NCBI GenBank assembly: GCA_951406725.2
Contig: OX597819.1
Coordinates: forward strand, 41,974,001 to 42,038,000
Source of the DNA: Octopus vulgaris
Lineage: Eukaryota
Direction of reading: 5' to 3'
Length of the DNA: 64,000 bases
Within the stretch, counting starts at the first letter, position 1; each line of letters opens with the position of its first letter. A model generated the notes under the pieces. That model saw nothing but the letters and a program-made list of their open reading frames with translations. It was not told the DNA's origin and did not search any database. Below, piece by piece: positions 12,463-26,224 of this stretch. The position numbers were made by a program, and so were the translations under genes.

Positions 12463-13439
12463 CTGAGAATAGAAAATACAACCAAGATAGCCATCATAAT
12501 TTACCACAAGATGTGACGCACATAAATCAATTTTTATTAAATATAATGTTTGTTCAAAGCCCAATATATCAGTTAACAAATAGCAGATATGCTCTTTAAC
12601 CAGCCCAAATTTACAGTCAATTTATATGATGAAATGCAGCATATGCACAAAGTCAGGCAATAACATAATACATTGCAAAAAAAAAAAAAGGTTCAAGGAT
12701 AGTTTACAGTTGAGATTCAAAACTGATTTTATAAAACATTCTCATTTTACATTCACTCTTCTATGCTGTCATGATTTAAATGGGTCACCAAAAACTAAAC
12801 CACTTCCCTTATTGAGGGTTACTGCCCTCCAAAACATTGACCAGATCTTACTCATATGTTTCATTTTTAGCACGTTGTTCTACAGCTGGATATCCTTCCT
12901 ATGACTAACTGCTTTACAGGGTGTACTGACACTAGGTCCAAGGAGGTTTGCTTGTCCCTGGCTTTAAAGAATCAATCCTCTCTACCCGATATTGTCTCTA
13001 TTCATTTGCCAACTACTTCCTACTTCTGATACGGTAGGAAGGAGGAAGGAAGTTATTCTAAAATTTGAGACCTTAGTCTAAATTCTTGCAGCAGAGAGGA
13101 CTCGGCTAATGTATTCAAGGACCAGTTTGTGGTATTAAATAGGGAAGGTCTACCAGGCAAGCAAGTAAGCCATGGCATGAGTAGAACTTAGAGCATAAAG
13201 AACTGGAAAAAATACCACAAGGCATCCTACACAATGGTCTAATGATTCCTCCATTCTAAAGTGGCACTTTATTTATCATACCCAGAAGGATGAAATGAAA
13301 AGCTGACTTCAACAGGATTTGAATTCAGAACACAAGAAGGTAGAATATACCACATATTCTAATTCTTCTGCTAATTCACCAACTTTACTCAACTGGCATT
13401 CTCCAGCTGTGACATTCTCCATGCCTGTGTCATCATAGC

Positions 13440-13632
13440 CCTTTAACATTACACATCTAGAATAATCTACTCAATTCTTTTTCCAACCATTGCAAATCCT
13501 CTGCATTCAAGGCCCATGTCCAGCTATTATGCAGCATCATACTCTGCACAGAAGTATCATACAATCTGCTCTTCATGATGAGAGAGAAACCTTTTGTTAC
13601 CAGCAGAGGTAATAATTGTTCCCTAGACTTAG
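13440..13632 (-). mobile_element. Degenerate RTE ORF fragment
   Basis: Reverse complement resembles 3880-4070 (LLPLL..KGRLYDACV..WA..). Confidence 0.6.
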
Positions 13633-13819
13633 TTTACCTTTTCATATAGTTCTTATAAAAAATATTTTAGAATATCAAGTAAGCATTTTTAATATTAATG
13701 TCAGCACTTCAGTAAATAGACCTCAAGTAAAATATATTACTTTTATGTAGATAGAAGCATTCACATTAATACAATAATATAATTAGAAATTTGTAGTTTA
13801 GTTATAGATTAACACTCAC

Positions 13820-13929
13820 TGTGATCGATGTAAACTGAAAGGTGCATCTGGTACAAGGAAACTTCCCATTAAGGATAAGAATATTAATATCAACACAGGA
13901 GCCAATTGTACAAGAAGATTGTAGCCACT
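13820..13929 (-). CDS. DNAJB12: DNAJB12/14 transmembrane exon (SGYNLLVQLAPVLILIFLSLMGSFLVPDAPFSLHRSQ)
   Basis: gtcttttacag acceptor, GTGAGT donor, 110 bp phase 0 to 2; QLxPxLIL TM motif. Confidence 0.95.
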
Positions 13930-15239
13930 CTGTAAAAGACAAAAAAGGAAATTTTGGAAATATTTCTTCTGATACATTACAGCAAATATCATAGCAGAAT
14001 AAATCAAACAGATTTTATGAAACATTTTTTTCATTAACATTTTAAATTTTTCCTACAAATTCATTTTACAAAATTAGTCTCAAAATAAATGTTTAACAGT
14101 AGAGAGTAGAAGCTAACACAAGCTGCAAACTAGAGAGAACTCAAATCAACACTTCAACAAAATATTTTCCTTTTTAAATCTGTTCTTCATTTACAAGTAG
14201 TGCAAATGGAAAGAGGAAAATGTTTGATATCAAGTAGGTTCAGATCAAAAGGGCTGTATGATAATCCTTTCTTATTTTGGCACAAGTCTCTTTTAATCCT
14301 TATTGTGGGCTGCTATGGTAATAATGATGTTGTTATGTAATCATAGCTCCTAACTACAATATACATGAACAACTTATTATGTAAAGTCCTATGCTAAAGC
14401 ACAACTGATAACAGTAAATTAAAACACTACCTAAATAGGAGGAATTAATTCATTGCTAATACATTAACACAATTGAAAATTCAAAACTTCAGTATACCAA
14501 AGTGTGTGTTGCTATCAGATCAAATCTGGAGGAATATCCAAAGTTACTGAAATCATTTCAGTTTCAAACCTTTAAATTTTCCTCAAAATTTATTTAATTC
14601 TGTTTACTGAGAAGAACTAATTTATAGCAACAAAGAAATAACTTAGCTCACAGAAGACATCACAGTAACCAGAGAATGTTCAATACACCACACTGTGCTG
14701 CCAATAACTTGGGGTTTACCAAAGAGTTTCATTCTACAACAATACTATAATATGGCATGTTTTAAGCATATATATGTAATTTATCATAACCAATCTTTCC
14801 CATCAATTTATGGTTCCTACACAATCAGATTTCTTAACTGTTGAAAGTAAACAGTGAGAGTAATTTTTCTCATTAGTTAATTTTTGGAAACCAAATTTCT
14901 TTTTTTTTCCATCAAGCCTGTTTCAGTTTAGTTAGCTAGGATAATTTATTTTCTTCCAACCAATTTCACCTACATCCCAATATATAGCTAACAAAAAAAA
15001 ATTTTTAATTAAAAAAAATAACTAAGGCTTAAAAATTAACACATATATAAAAGGATACAAAGTTATCAAACGATCACAGTAGCACTGAATTGTAAGAGAT
15101 AACAGACCCCCCCCCGAATAAAGTCAACACACAAATTTGTTTCCCATTGGAATATATAATCCCTTTCTTCTATTCATTTATTTGACCATATTTTCCTTGC
15201 TATTCTCCTTACTAAAAGTGGATAGTAAATTGTAAAGCC

Positions 15240-15592
15240 AAAGGTTTGGTTAAAATGTTCAGTTTGCAACCAAGTAGTTTGGGTTCAGTCCCATTGTGTA
15301 GCACACCTTGAGTAAGTATCTTCTTTCATAGCTCCTGGCTGACCCATGGTTTGAGAGTGAATTTTGTAGATAGAAATGGTGCAGAAGCCTGCACATATGT
15401 GTGTGTGTGTGTGTGCATTTTGTGTGTTTGTTTCTGATTACTTGACATCTGATGAGTCTATATCCCTGTAACATAGCAGTTCAGCAAAAATAAACTAATA
15501 GAATAAGCACTAGTCTTTAAAATAAGTACTTGGGGCAATTTGATTGACCAAACCTTTCAAGGCCACAGTCTAGTGACTGAAACAAGTAAAAT
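15240..15592 (+). mobile_element. tRNA-derived SINE family A
   Basis: Shared head and tail with other copies. Confidence 0.7.
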
Positions 15593-15635
15593 AAACAAAT
15601 AAAAGCATGTGTATGTGTGTGTGTGTGTAAACAGC

Positions 15636-15671
<36 letters not shown>

Positions 15672-15683
<12 letters not shown>

Positions 15684-15970
15684 CCACGAATGGAATTTAT
15701 AAATATTTTAATGCATTGCTATGCGTGTTTCCATGAATCACATGTTTCTTACGATCATAGGCTATATTCCCGGGATGATTACAGTATAGTCTGTGGTATC
15801 CATGGAAACGAATGCATGAATATGATCCACCCAATATCTAGGGATATTATGGACTGTATTGTAAATCATCCCAGGAATATGGACTATGATTGTAAGAAAC
15901 ATGTGATTTGTGGAAACATGCTTAGTGGTGCGTTAGCATATCTATAAATTCCATCCATGGATTATTATTA
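15672..15970. repeat. Long imperfect hairpin (~135-bp arms, ~30-nt loop), MITE-like or hairpin RNA
   Basis: 15681-15806 is the reverse complement of 15837-15963 with ~25 substitutions and 1 indel; preceded by (AAT)n. Confidence 0.9.
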
Positions 15971-16100
15971 CTATACTTATCCTGCATTATATCGGCACAG
16001 CTCAGTGCAACCCAAAAAAACTGCTATTACTGGTTGGTATCATTAGGCTGTAGCCGGCATAATATAATAGGAGCTTTTATATTCATATTCAAAAACTTAA

Positions 16101-16134
<34 letters not shown>

Positions 16135-16211
16135 TTAAATTTTATTTCTTAGGGAATAAAAATTCTGGCATAACAGAGGTTCAAATTATTCTCAATGAAG
16201 AAATATACATT

Positions 16212-16395
16212 TTAATTTAGAGATAGAGGACCCCTTCATCTCACCTTATAAAAAAGAATTTTTATTTTAAATACCTACTATTTTATAACTTGTACCTCAT
16301 GAAACACGTGTAGCCAAGTTATAAAACAGTAGGTATTTAAAATAAAAATTCTTTTTTATAAGGTGAGATGAAGGGGCCTACTATCTCTAAATTAA
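16212..16395. mobile_element. Inverted-repeat element (~80-bp arms) with the 3' half of a hammerhead motif; Penelope-like terminal remnant
   Basis: Arms 16212-16292 / 16316-16395; centre reads CAT GAAA CACGTG TA GCCAAG. Confidence 0.65.
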
Positions 16396-19300
16396 TATAT
16401 ATATATTTTTCATGTATGTGTGTATGTATGTATACATACATATAAAATACACACACACATAAAACAAATGTGCAACAAAAGAAGTAGAGCTCAATATCAT
16501 TTGGAATAGAGGACTAAATTTAATAAATGAAACAAGTATGGAATACTTCCATTCAGAATTCTGGAGTTTCTTGATGGCAATTTAATCACTATCATTCTCC
16601 AGCTATTGCAAAAGTATTATACCATTGATATAACCCAGGTTGTCACTAGATTTTTTGACAGTTTAAAGGAAAACAAAACCTTGATAACACATTCATTTGT
16701 TAGTTCATTCATTTTTACATCCATTTTTCTTGCTAGCACAGGTGAGACGAATATATTATAGAGACATTATTTCACAGACAGATGCCCTTCCTGTCACTAA
16801 CCCTTAACTGTTTTTTTCAAATAAGGGGTCTCTTATTTGAGAGCTTTGTCTCCACACATCTTTGAAGATGCAAAGCCAGTGGATGATTTGTTGACAAAGA
16901 AGTGACAACAAGCTTCACCAATTGTAGCTCATCGAATTTTGTCTCTATTTTATGGGATGAAAATACAAAACATTGAAAACAATTTTTATGTTGGAAGCAT
17001 GTCAAATCTTATACATATTAATTTAATCTGAGACAAATAAGGATTATATTCCCTGAATAGTGCAGGTTTACTCAGTTGTGCTTATCACACACAAATTAAC
17101 ATATACATGTGTGAGAGCCTGCTTTTCTAAACGTATTGATTTTATTTTGTTACAACCTAGACTTCCTAAACTTTGAAATACTTTCCAAGTGTCAGAACTT
17201 TTCTAAAAAATTTTCATATATCTTTACAGATGAGAAAGAAAAAGATAAGTAAAATTAAATTTTAGAATGTATTCAACAAATCATAAACTATGAAAGAGGT
17301 CACAAAGAAGGTGTGAGACATTACATCTTAACCAAGACTATAATTAGGCCAAATTCCCCAACAATTCCTTTGTTAAGAGGTCACTACCAACAGATGTCAG
17401 AATTTTCCTATCTTAGGGAGTATATTGTGCATATACAATAAAATCATGAATAAAGAATTAACCTATTTTTCAGTTTTCTTGAGGAATCCCTAGGCTATCT
17501 CTCAAGGAAAGCCTGGTAAGGAAATGCTGGTCTAGACTAACTCATATTGTTGTCCCTAGTCAACTCTCAAACAGTAATGCCTACCCTCCCCAGGTAACAA
17601 ATAATAATCATCTGCTAACCATTTAGAAATACTCCCAATTCTGTCATAATAATTTTCTAACCACCAGGTATCTAGTATAGAATCACCAAATATTTACTTT
17701 GGACATAGCAGTGCAATGCACTGTACATAGTCTATACTTTATTCACTAATGTTTTATGTAAATGCTTATAGTAATGTTTATTTTATGAAACTCAAATGGT
17801 TGAAAAGATTAAATGAACTGTAGAAGGCTGAAGTTCAGAATTGTGAGCTAGCAATTAATCATTTTACCAATTATATAAACTGGACTAGGATTCTATCCCT
17901 AAACCATTATTAGCATGTTTATTTTAGGAGTATGAGAGTATTGCCCAATAGACAAGGAATTAAATCAGTAGGGATTTGATTGAAGATTTCATTGCAGTGG
18001 ATAACTTAATCAAAGACCTTTTGTTGACTTGTTTAATAAAAAAGTTCACTGAGAAAGGTTTACATATGGTCATATGTTAGTTTGACAGCTTTCTCTTTGG
18101 ACAAATTGAAACATTTCATTATCACATATTGATGAAACTATCTTGTAATTTGAACCAAATGCACTATCTAGTGAGTCAAATATTTCAAATCAACTTTGAA
18201 AATTTTAAAAGATATATCAAAAAGTATAACTGACCAAAATAGATGTGTTATATTTTCTAAAGTTTCAAATATTTTAGCATGGCAGTTTTAAATAATCCAT
18301 AAAATTATTTAAAATTAAATTATATGAACTAAATAATCATGTTCATCAAAGTGTTTCATATGTAGTAGTAACAACCAAACTGGCTGCTTAATTAATTTTA
18401 ATTCATTACTAAGTCTAGTTACATTCTAAACAAGTTTTCAAAAATTTCCATGTGACCCAAAAGTAAATATATAATGACAATACAATGTCAATTTGAAATT
18501 AATTAAATCAAAGCATGCATACTAGAAATATGACAAGCAATATAGAGAAAGAATTGGTTAACGCAAACAGATTAGTAAATGAAAGATTTGGTGTATATAT
18601 AAAATGTTCCATGTTGATGACTGTAAATAATTTAAGATCGATCTATTAATCTAATTTTAGAAGCTAAATAGTTAATTCATGTACCAATAGTTAATATATT
18701 ACATGGATTCCCACCTCTCACCTCCTCAAAGAAATAAGGCTCTGTAAAATGAAAGACATAATTTACTTGATTGAGAAAATATTCAAAGACAGGAAAAAAT
18801 AGCATGATACCTAAGAGAAATTATTGGAAAATTCTCTGGGAATAAATGCCAGGTCTCTGAAGAAGTTACTACCCATAGACAGGCACCTAATACAAGGTTC
18901 TTTAACACTATAGAAAACTGAAGTACAAGACAAGTTGATTCCATGAGGTTCATGAAACAACTTTTGAACTTTACATATGCTAACTGAAAATCACCAGTAC
19001 AAACTAATTATTTATTGTTTGCTCAATCTTTATGTTTCGCCAATAAATAGTGGTAGAGTGATTTAAAAAAAAGTTAGGATGCATAAAAAAAAAAGTTCTG
19101 CTTCAATGCAGGTTAATGCATCAAACAAAATGATTTGTGAGTTTTGCTCTGAATCTCTAAGTTCAAATTCTGCAGAGCTCAACTTTGCCTTTTGTTTCTT
19201 TAGGGCCAATAAAAAAAGTCACAACCCAGAGTAGGGGATTGATAGAATGGCACTGCCCCGAGGAAACCTGACAATAATCAAAGCAAAAATACAATAAATA

Positions 19301-19881
19301 TCTCACAAGAACTCATGAACAAAAACTGGTTAAAATAAGAAAATATGGCAGCGATTTATAAGGTATAGAAAAACTTCTGAATTGACTAAAACCACTTATG
19401 CCAGTACTTCCAACATCTATATTTCTAATCAGTGAGGGAAACTACATATTCATTTAACCTGTAAGAAATAGCAGCCAAAACTTGTCAAATGACACCTTAC
19501 TGTATTAAAAAAAGAAAGATTGCATTAGATAATGTCCTAGATACTCCTAAAATGACAAGATAGTCACAGTTTCAATATCTTTGATTATAGATTAGCCTCA
19601 TTAGGGCTCACATAACCACCACTAAAATGAATCAATGACAGAGCATCTACAAGGTTATGCAACCTGATAGAAATAGCAACCTAATCTTCCTCTGTTTTAA
19701 AAAGGGAGAAAGACATAAGATAATGTAGTCTAAGTTACAGTAAAGCTTAAAAAAAATGGAATGATCATGACTTCAAAACTTTTGATAATAGATTTGTACT
19801 GAAATAGGGCTAAATAAAATGGCAGCATACATATCTAATAAAAGAAAGAGAGAAAATATTAGCAACATTAAAATTATACAG

Positions 19882-20045
19882 CACAGGCACAGCAGCAAGT
19901 TAGGAAGTTTGCTTTATAACCACATGATTCAGGTGTGGGTTTACTGCATGGTACCTTGAGCAAGTGTCCTCTACTATAGCCTTGGGGTGGCCAATGCCTT
20001 GTGAGTAAAATTGTTATATGGAAACTGTGTGGAAACCCATCAGAT
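19882..20045 (+). mobile_element. SINE family A 5' part
   Basis: Shared head sequence. Confidence 0.6.
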
Positions 20046-20057
20046 ATGTATGAGTGT

Positions 20058-20365
20058 GTGCTCAATGGATAGAGTGTCAGGCTCACAATCATGAGGTAGT
20101 TAGTTCCATTTCTTGACCCAGCTGTGCATTGTGCTCTTGAGCAAGATATTTTATTTCACGTTGCTCCAGTTCACTCATCTGTAGAAATGAGTTGTGACGT
20201 CACTGGTGCCAAGCTGTATCGGTCATTGCCTTTCCCTTGGATAACATTGATGGCATGGAGAGGGGAGGCTGGTATGCATCGGTGACTTCTGGTCTTTTAT
20301 AAACAACCTTGCCCAGACTTGCGCCTCAGAAGGTAACTTTCTAGGTGCAATCCATGGTCATTCAC
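20058..20365 (+). mobile_element. tRNA-derived SINE family B
   Basis: AGAGTGTCAGGCTCACAATCATGAGGTAG head; colinear with 37263-37600. Confidence 0.8.
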
Positions 20366-23300
20366 GTAAAGTGTTTGGCATTTGGAAGGGCATCCATCTG
20401 TAAAAACCATGTCAAAACTAATCTCACCTGTGCTAGTGCCATGTAAAATGCATTGAGTCCACTCTGTGTAGTGGTTGGTGTTAGGAAGGGCATTCAGCCG
20501 TAAAAACCCTGCCAAAACTGACACAATAGCATAGGGTAGTTTTTCTATCCTACCCATGCATGGAAGATGGACGTTAAACAATGATAATATGTCACTGTCA
20601 ATACTATTCTTGTTAAAGAATAATGCATTTGTACTCTACCAAATGTATTGTGTAGCCTTTCAGCTTAATGTAAAATTATTTTTATTATAGCATAAAAACA
20701 AACATTAATGTGTGTGTCTGTGTATCTATTTATGTGATCTGTCTCCCTTGATAGAGAGAGAGAGAGAGAAAGAAAGAGAGAAGTAAAATACTGTCCATTA
20801 TCTTCATCAGCAGCAGCAGCATCAACAGAGAATTCACTGATAATGAAACTAAATATTAACCAATAAACTGGCCAATAAATTAGCTCAGTCAGTAATAAAT
20901 GTCAAGAAAGTTAATGAGCTCCATCAAAATGTTATGTTGTTCACAGTGATAATCCAAATAATAACATTGCTCTACTAACCTGGTTTATATTAACTATTAT
21001 CAAAGATTTCACATCAGATTAAGAATCACTACTTCAAATCTCTATTCCCTCTCGCTTCCCCAAACTAATGAATACTTGATAACAGACTGAATGGAACTTG
21101 ATGGATTTATGTCATTGACCGATGATGTAAAAATTATGAATAAAGCCCAGTAAATTCACACTGTGAACGTGTGCACAGCTTGGCAGTTTGGCTCAGTCCA
21201 ACCAATGTCTGTATGGAAAGTGGATATAAAATAATGACGATGAAAGGTATTAACCCCCACACACACACCAAAAAAAAACATGACTATATAAAAAAAGAAG
21301 AGGATAAAACGTCCTCTGAAGTACCAACCACACAAATGTATCTAGTCCATGTACTAAATTGATTTGTGATAGATATACTCAGTTATAAAAACCATGCCAA
21401 AGAAAGACATACTCTTTGTTGTGAATAAATGACGATGGACAATGACAAGTAGTAAGATAGTGTAGTGGACACAGACCCATCCAACCCATTCTAATAATGG
21501 GCTTTATTAACAATGTTGTTTCACTTAGTTTTCAAAATAAAAGCTTGGGAGAAGAGTAGAAAAATAACCGTCCATTTTGTAAGTTTTCATTCCTTAATAT
21601 ATTAATTTGGATTTGGAATAGAATTTAGCAAAAAGATCTTACATAAAAATCATCATGGAAGCTACATTCTGGGTTAGTGTTTGTATATTTAAATTTTGAG
21701 ATTAAATTTAAATATAAATACTTTGATAATGGTGGTTTTAAGCAGGTTGATAGAGGGTCACAGGAAGTTGTAAATAGGTATTTAAAGGGTTAAACATGAC
21801 AGAGTTTAAAAAAGGTGGGGGTGGGGGGGACAAAGAAAGTATTTATTGGGAATATAATGTTTTCAAGTATAGTTAGAAAACAGTGCAAAAACAATAGTAA
21901 ACAAAGCAATTTAATTATTCCACTATTTTAAAATAAGTCAAAACTAAACAGTTATTAGTTGATTAGCAAAACAGAACAATATCTCAATAATTAAAATACA
22001 GAATACCAGCTAGGCAGAGAAAAATCTGCTGAAACCACATGATACATGCAACCACTCTTAACAAACAGAATATTTTAAATGTCCAAAGAATATGGAGTAT
22101 TGCAGTCAATTCTTGCTGTTTAGGATACAGACAATAAATTACTCTGCATAATGCATTCTTTTATTGATTTTGATGCATCAAATATATGCTGATCAACATT
22201 CATCAAATATATACTGATCAACAGCATCTATTTGATGAATTTGAACATTGGTGATTGAAAATTTCACTTGGGAAAAGATGCTTAACCATCAACATAATTG
22301 GTATGATACTGTATGACATGACTAGGTCATTGAATTATACTCTATTCAACAAGCTTCCATACAGTTATCTAACCAATTAATTCTCAAAGCAAGGATGACC
22401 TGAGTCTATGATAGAAACTTTTTGCCTCCAGTGCTGCACTATGGGATGAAACCCAGAACTATGAAATACAGAATGATCATCTTAAGCACAAGGATGTGCA
22501 CCTGTGTGTGTGAGTGAATGTCTTGTCATCTCAACTTCTGATGGAGTCACAGAAGCACCACCATAACATATGTCTTGGGCATCTTCAAACCTGGTGGAGT
22601 CCATCCCTCTCTTAGTCTGAATACAGCTAATTTCTATCAGAATGCAACACAGAAAGAAAAAGAACTAACCCAGTACTACAGTTCAGGTGCTTTATCTATT
22701 GACTCCAAAAGGATGGAAGGCAAAATCAACCCCAGCAGTATCTAACCTTGGGACATGGAGAGCCAGAACAATTACTGCAAAGAAATCTACTGGATGCTTC
22801 AAAAATTTAACCAATTTGCCTCATACACAATGAAAAGCCAATCAACAAAATTGCAAGGGAAAAAAAACCCCCATATTTCGTTATATATATATGTAAAATA
22901 AGTCAATAAAATGATGGTAATGAACCTAATACTTCACAATGACAGTAAGCGACAGTCTCAAATATTACAATATTTTACAAAAAATTGTGTTGGTTTGGTA
23001 GTGATCAATTCTCCACATTAGAAATTTTCTTTCAATATCTGAACTACAAGAGTTCTTAGATGTATCTCATCAAGAATGCTATGCCAATCATTATTCACAA
23101 CTCTATTGTAGTTTGCTAGCTCACAGTTGACGAAAGATATTTATAATGTTTTTTTACACCTACTTTTCTATGTCAATGAGAAAGTTTTATAGATTTAACA
23201 TCACAAGGTTCAGTCCTTGCTGAAGTGTGGTGGCTTGTGTGTCTCAATGACATTGAGAACTATGCTAGTGAAGTGCAAGCTCCTCATAAGGTGTCCCAAA

Positions 23301-24669
23301 ATGGACAGGTCAAAAGACAAAAGCCATATTTGTGAACTAATTCTTCCCAGAGGTAAGAATGGGTTTGCATAGGGCCAACAGCCCTACCTAGAAACAAGCA
23401 AAGTTACAGAAGCACTGATGTCAATCCAAAACCAAGACATGGGAGAAGTCACTACCACAGGGAAACATGGAAAATGCAGCAAAATTCGGAAGGAAGCAGC
23501 AAAAAAAATGGATCCAACTGGAGAGAAACAGAACAGTAAAGGCAACCCTGAGTTGGGAACAGTGGAGAAACACCATTGATGGCCTATGCTACATAGTTGG
23601 GCATAAGAGATAGATTAGTTTATGAATTGTTTGTAAGAAATTCACAAAGCTAGCATTAGTCAACGGAATGCTTTGCCTAATGCCACCTTTTTAAAGATTA
23701 ATGTGGCAATTATTCTCCAAAGTCTATGTCTTATTTAAGTGAATGAACTAATCCAGTAAAAACATTTGAATTTATGTATTAATTGTGTAACAGTTAACCA
23801 AACACTTAGCCATTTTATTAGACTTACATTTTTTTTCCAAAAGTACACTAGGACAAGAAGAATGTAAACTAATATTCCTAAAGATCTTTTTAACTTTTTA
23901 AACCAGATAAAATGACAAAAGAAATAAACAAAATCAATGTCAAGAAGAACAACTAATAGATTTTACAAGTGCATCAAATTAAACTATAACGAGTTAAGGC
24001 AAGTCAAAGCAAGAAACAAAAAAATCATGATTACAATAGCTACAAGTGATGTACCAATCTTACAAACTCATTAGAATCAGTTACAAGAAAAGGTTGATAT
24101 AATAGGATTTCACAATGGTCCTATCACCAAAATGTGGAATTAATATTTAATCACAAGAGTAGGTTGCATATCCTATATTAATGAAAGTTTAGTTTGTGAA
24201 GCATCAACAACACTAATTACTGTTATTTCATATAATAAGTAGACAAAAGTCATAATAAAATATTAAACATTCAAAAGAACTGTTAGAACTAAACATTTAT
24301 CTAAAATACCTTGCTACTTAATATTAACAAAACAATTGTATATATTTTTTTGTGATGTATGCACAAAGAGCATTATTAACAGGGCAATCGTAATGTGGCT
24401 TATATAAGCTTCACAATTTAAGCATACCTTTTGGGGTGGGGTGGGGTGAGGATGGGTTAAAAGCACTCCTTAAATCTTTAGCATTTATTTTACTGTCAAA
24501 TGTAATGCTTATTTATTCACATTGTTTTGAATTAATCACTTGATGCAATTGTCTATTTTTTTAATGATATTCTGGGATAGGTTCAAGAGAGTGGATCTGG
24601 CAGGTCTGAACATAAAACACAATATGGCCTGTTTAAACGTCAAAGGGTTTTTTTTTTTTTTCCTTTTTT

Positions 24670-25040
24670 TATTTGTTTCAGTCATTTGACTGCGGCCATG
24701 CTAGAGCACCACCTTTAGTCAAGCAAATTGATCCTAAGACTTATTCTTTGTAAGCCTAGTACTTATTCTATCGGTCTCTTTTGCCGAACCGCTAAGTGAC
24801 AGGGATGTAAACACACCAGCATCAGTTGTCAAGCGATGTTGGGGGGAGAAACACAATCACACAAACACACACACATTTATATATACAACAGGCTTCTTTC
24901 AGTTTTGGTCTACCAAATCCACTCACAAGGCTTTGCTTGGCCCGAGGCTATAGTAGAAGACACTTGCCTAAGGTGCCATCCAGTGGGACTGAACCCAGAA
25001 CCATGTGGTTGGTGAGCAAGTTACTTACCACACAGCCACT
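24670..25040 (-). mobile_element. tRNA-derived SINE family A, near full length
   Basis: Complete head (GTGGCTGTGTGGTAAG...GGGTTCAGTCCC on minus) and tail. Confidence 0.85.
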
Positions 25041-26080
25041 CATTAAAAATTATATACAGATAAATTAAGACAATATATTTTTCTATTTCTTACAAGTGTG
25101 AAACTTAACTTCCTTCAACAAAAAATTCAAGAAAGAATCGCTAATGCCTGATATGACTATGGGTCTGACGAAAAAAAGATGAATGCACTAAAGAGTAGAG
25201 TTTGATAGAGAAAGTAGCAGCAAGTGACAGAAGGTGAAGAGTAATCTCAAAAAGGTAGCATATTTTACAACTGGTGTAATTTTAGAAATAGAATGCTGCT
25301 TCAAATACCTCCCACCTCTCTCTTTCACATGCACCCAAGCTCATACAAGCCCTTGCTAATCTGAAAGTAGTGGAAATAAACTATTGTATTTGATACTGAC
25401 ACTAAATATCAAATATAGGTTACAGTCTTCCATGTATTTAATTCATATAAATGAGTGACACTTGAATAAACAAGGTCATGACTTTCAGTTGAACAGTATA
25501 ATAATGTCATTTTATGAAAGTAAGTAAATAACAAATATTTAATTTTCTATATACAGAAATTTATCATGAATATATAAATATAAACAAAAGAGTATTGAAT
25601 CTAAAGTTGAGCAGGGAAAAGTATACATGTTTGACAAAAGTTTTGTTCAAAAAGCTAAATTAGTCATAATTTTTACTATATAATCTTGTTAATGTAGATG
25701 TATAAATATAACCATTGAAAAAAATAATTTGAATAAAGTTATCTAAAACTTCAAGAAAAATGTTATATAATATGAGCACATAAATTGTTTTATATGTAAT
25801 CCGCAATAAAATTTGAAATGCCAATCATAGAAATCAAATGAATACGTTGGAATATGTTGAATTTTGCTAAATCCTTAAAAGAGTGTTTCAATTTCTTAGA
25901 ACTGTACAAAGATGTTACATATATATTTAAGCAAACAGCGATAACAACATGCAAAAAACAAGTGGCATTCCAGTTTGAATACTAGAAGAGAGAGAGAATC
26001 TTTATCAAATATCAAACCAAAAAAATAAAACATTTTTCTTTGATAGAAAAGTCCCCTCTTATCTAGTACAAAATGCTTAC

Positions 26081-26224
26081 CGCCCGTGTACGTAATACGA
26101 AGGCCCTACCAATACCAGCAGCAGCATTGTTAGAGGGAACTTGCTTGTTCTTTTCACTTCGAGTGGCAGAGGAGGACAAGTTAGATTTGTAAACGAAAAA
26201 CTGGCGTTGCCTTGTACGGAATTT
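26081..26224 (-). other. Candidate in-frame cassette exon (48 aa) of DNAJB12/14
   Basis: ctattttcaacag acceptor, GCG|GTAAGC donor, 144 nt, open in phase 0, same phase as the host intron. Confidence 0.5.

Noticed and set aside
15609-15947. 112-aa ORF with poly-N
   Set aside because: Arises from an (AAT)n run plus the hairpin; no protein signature
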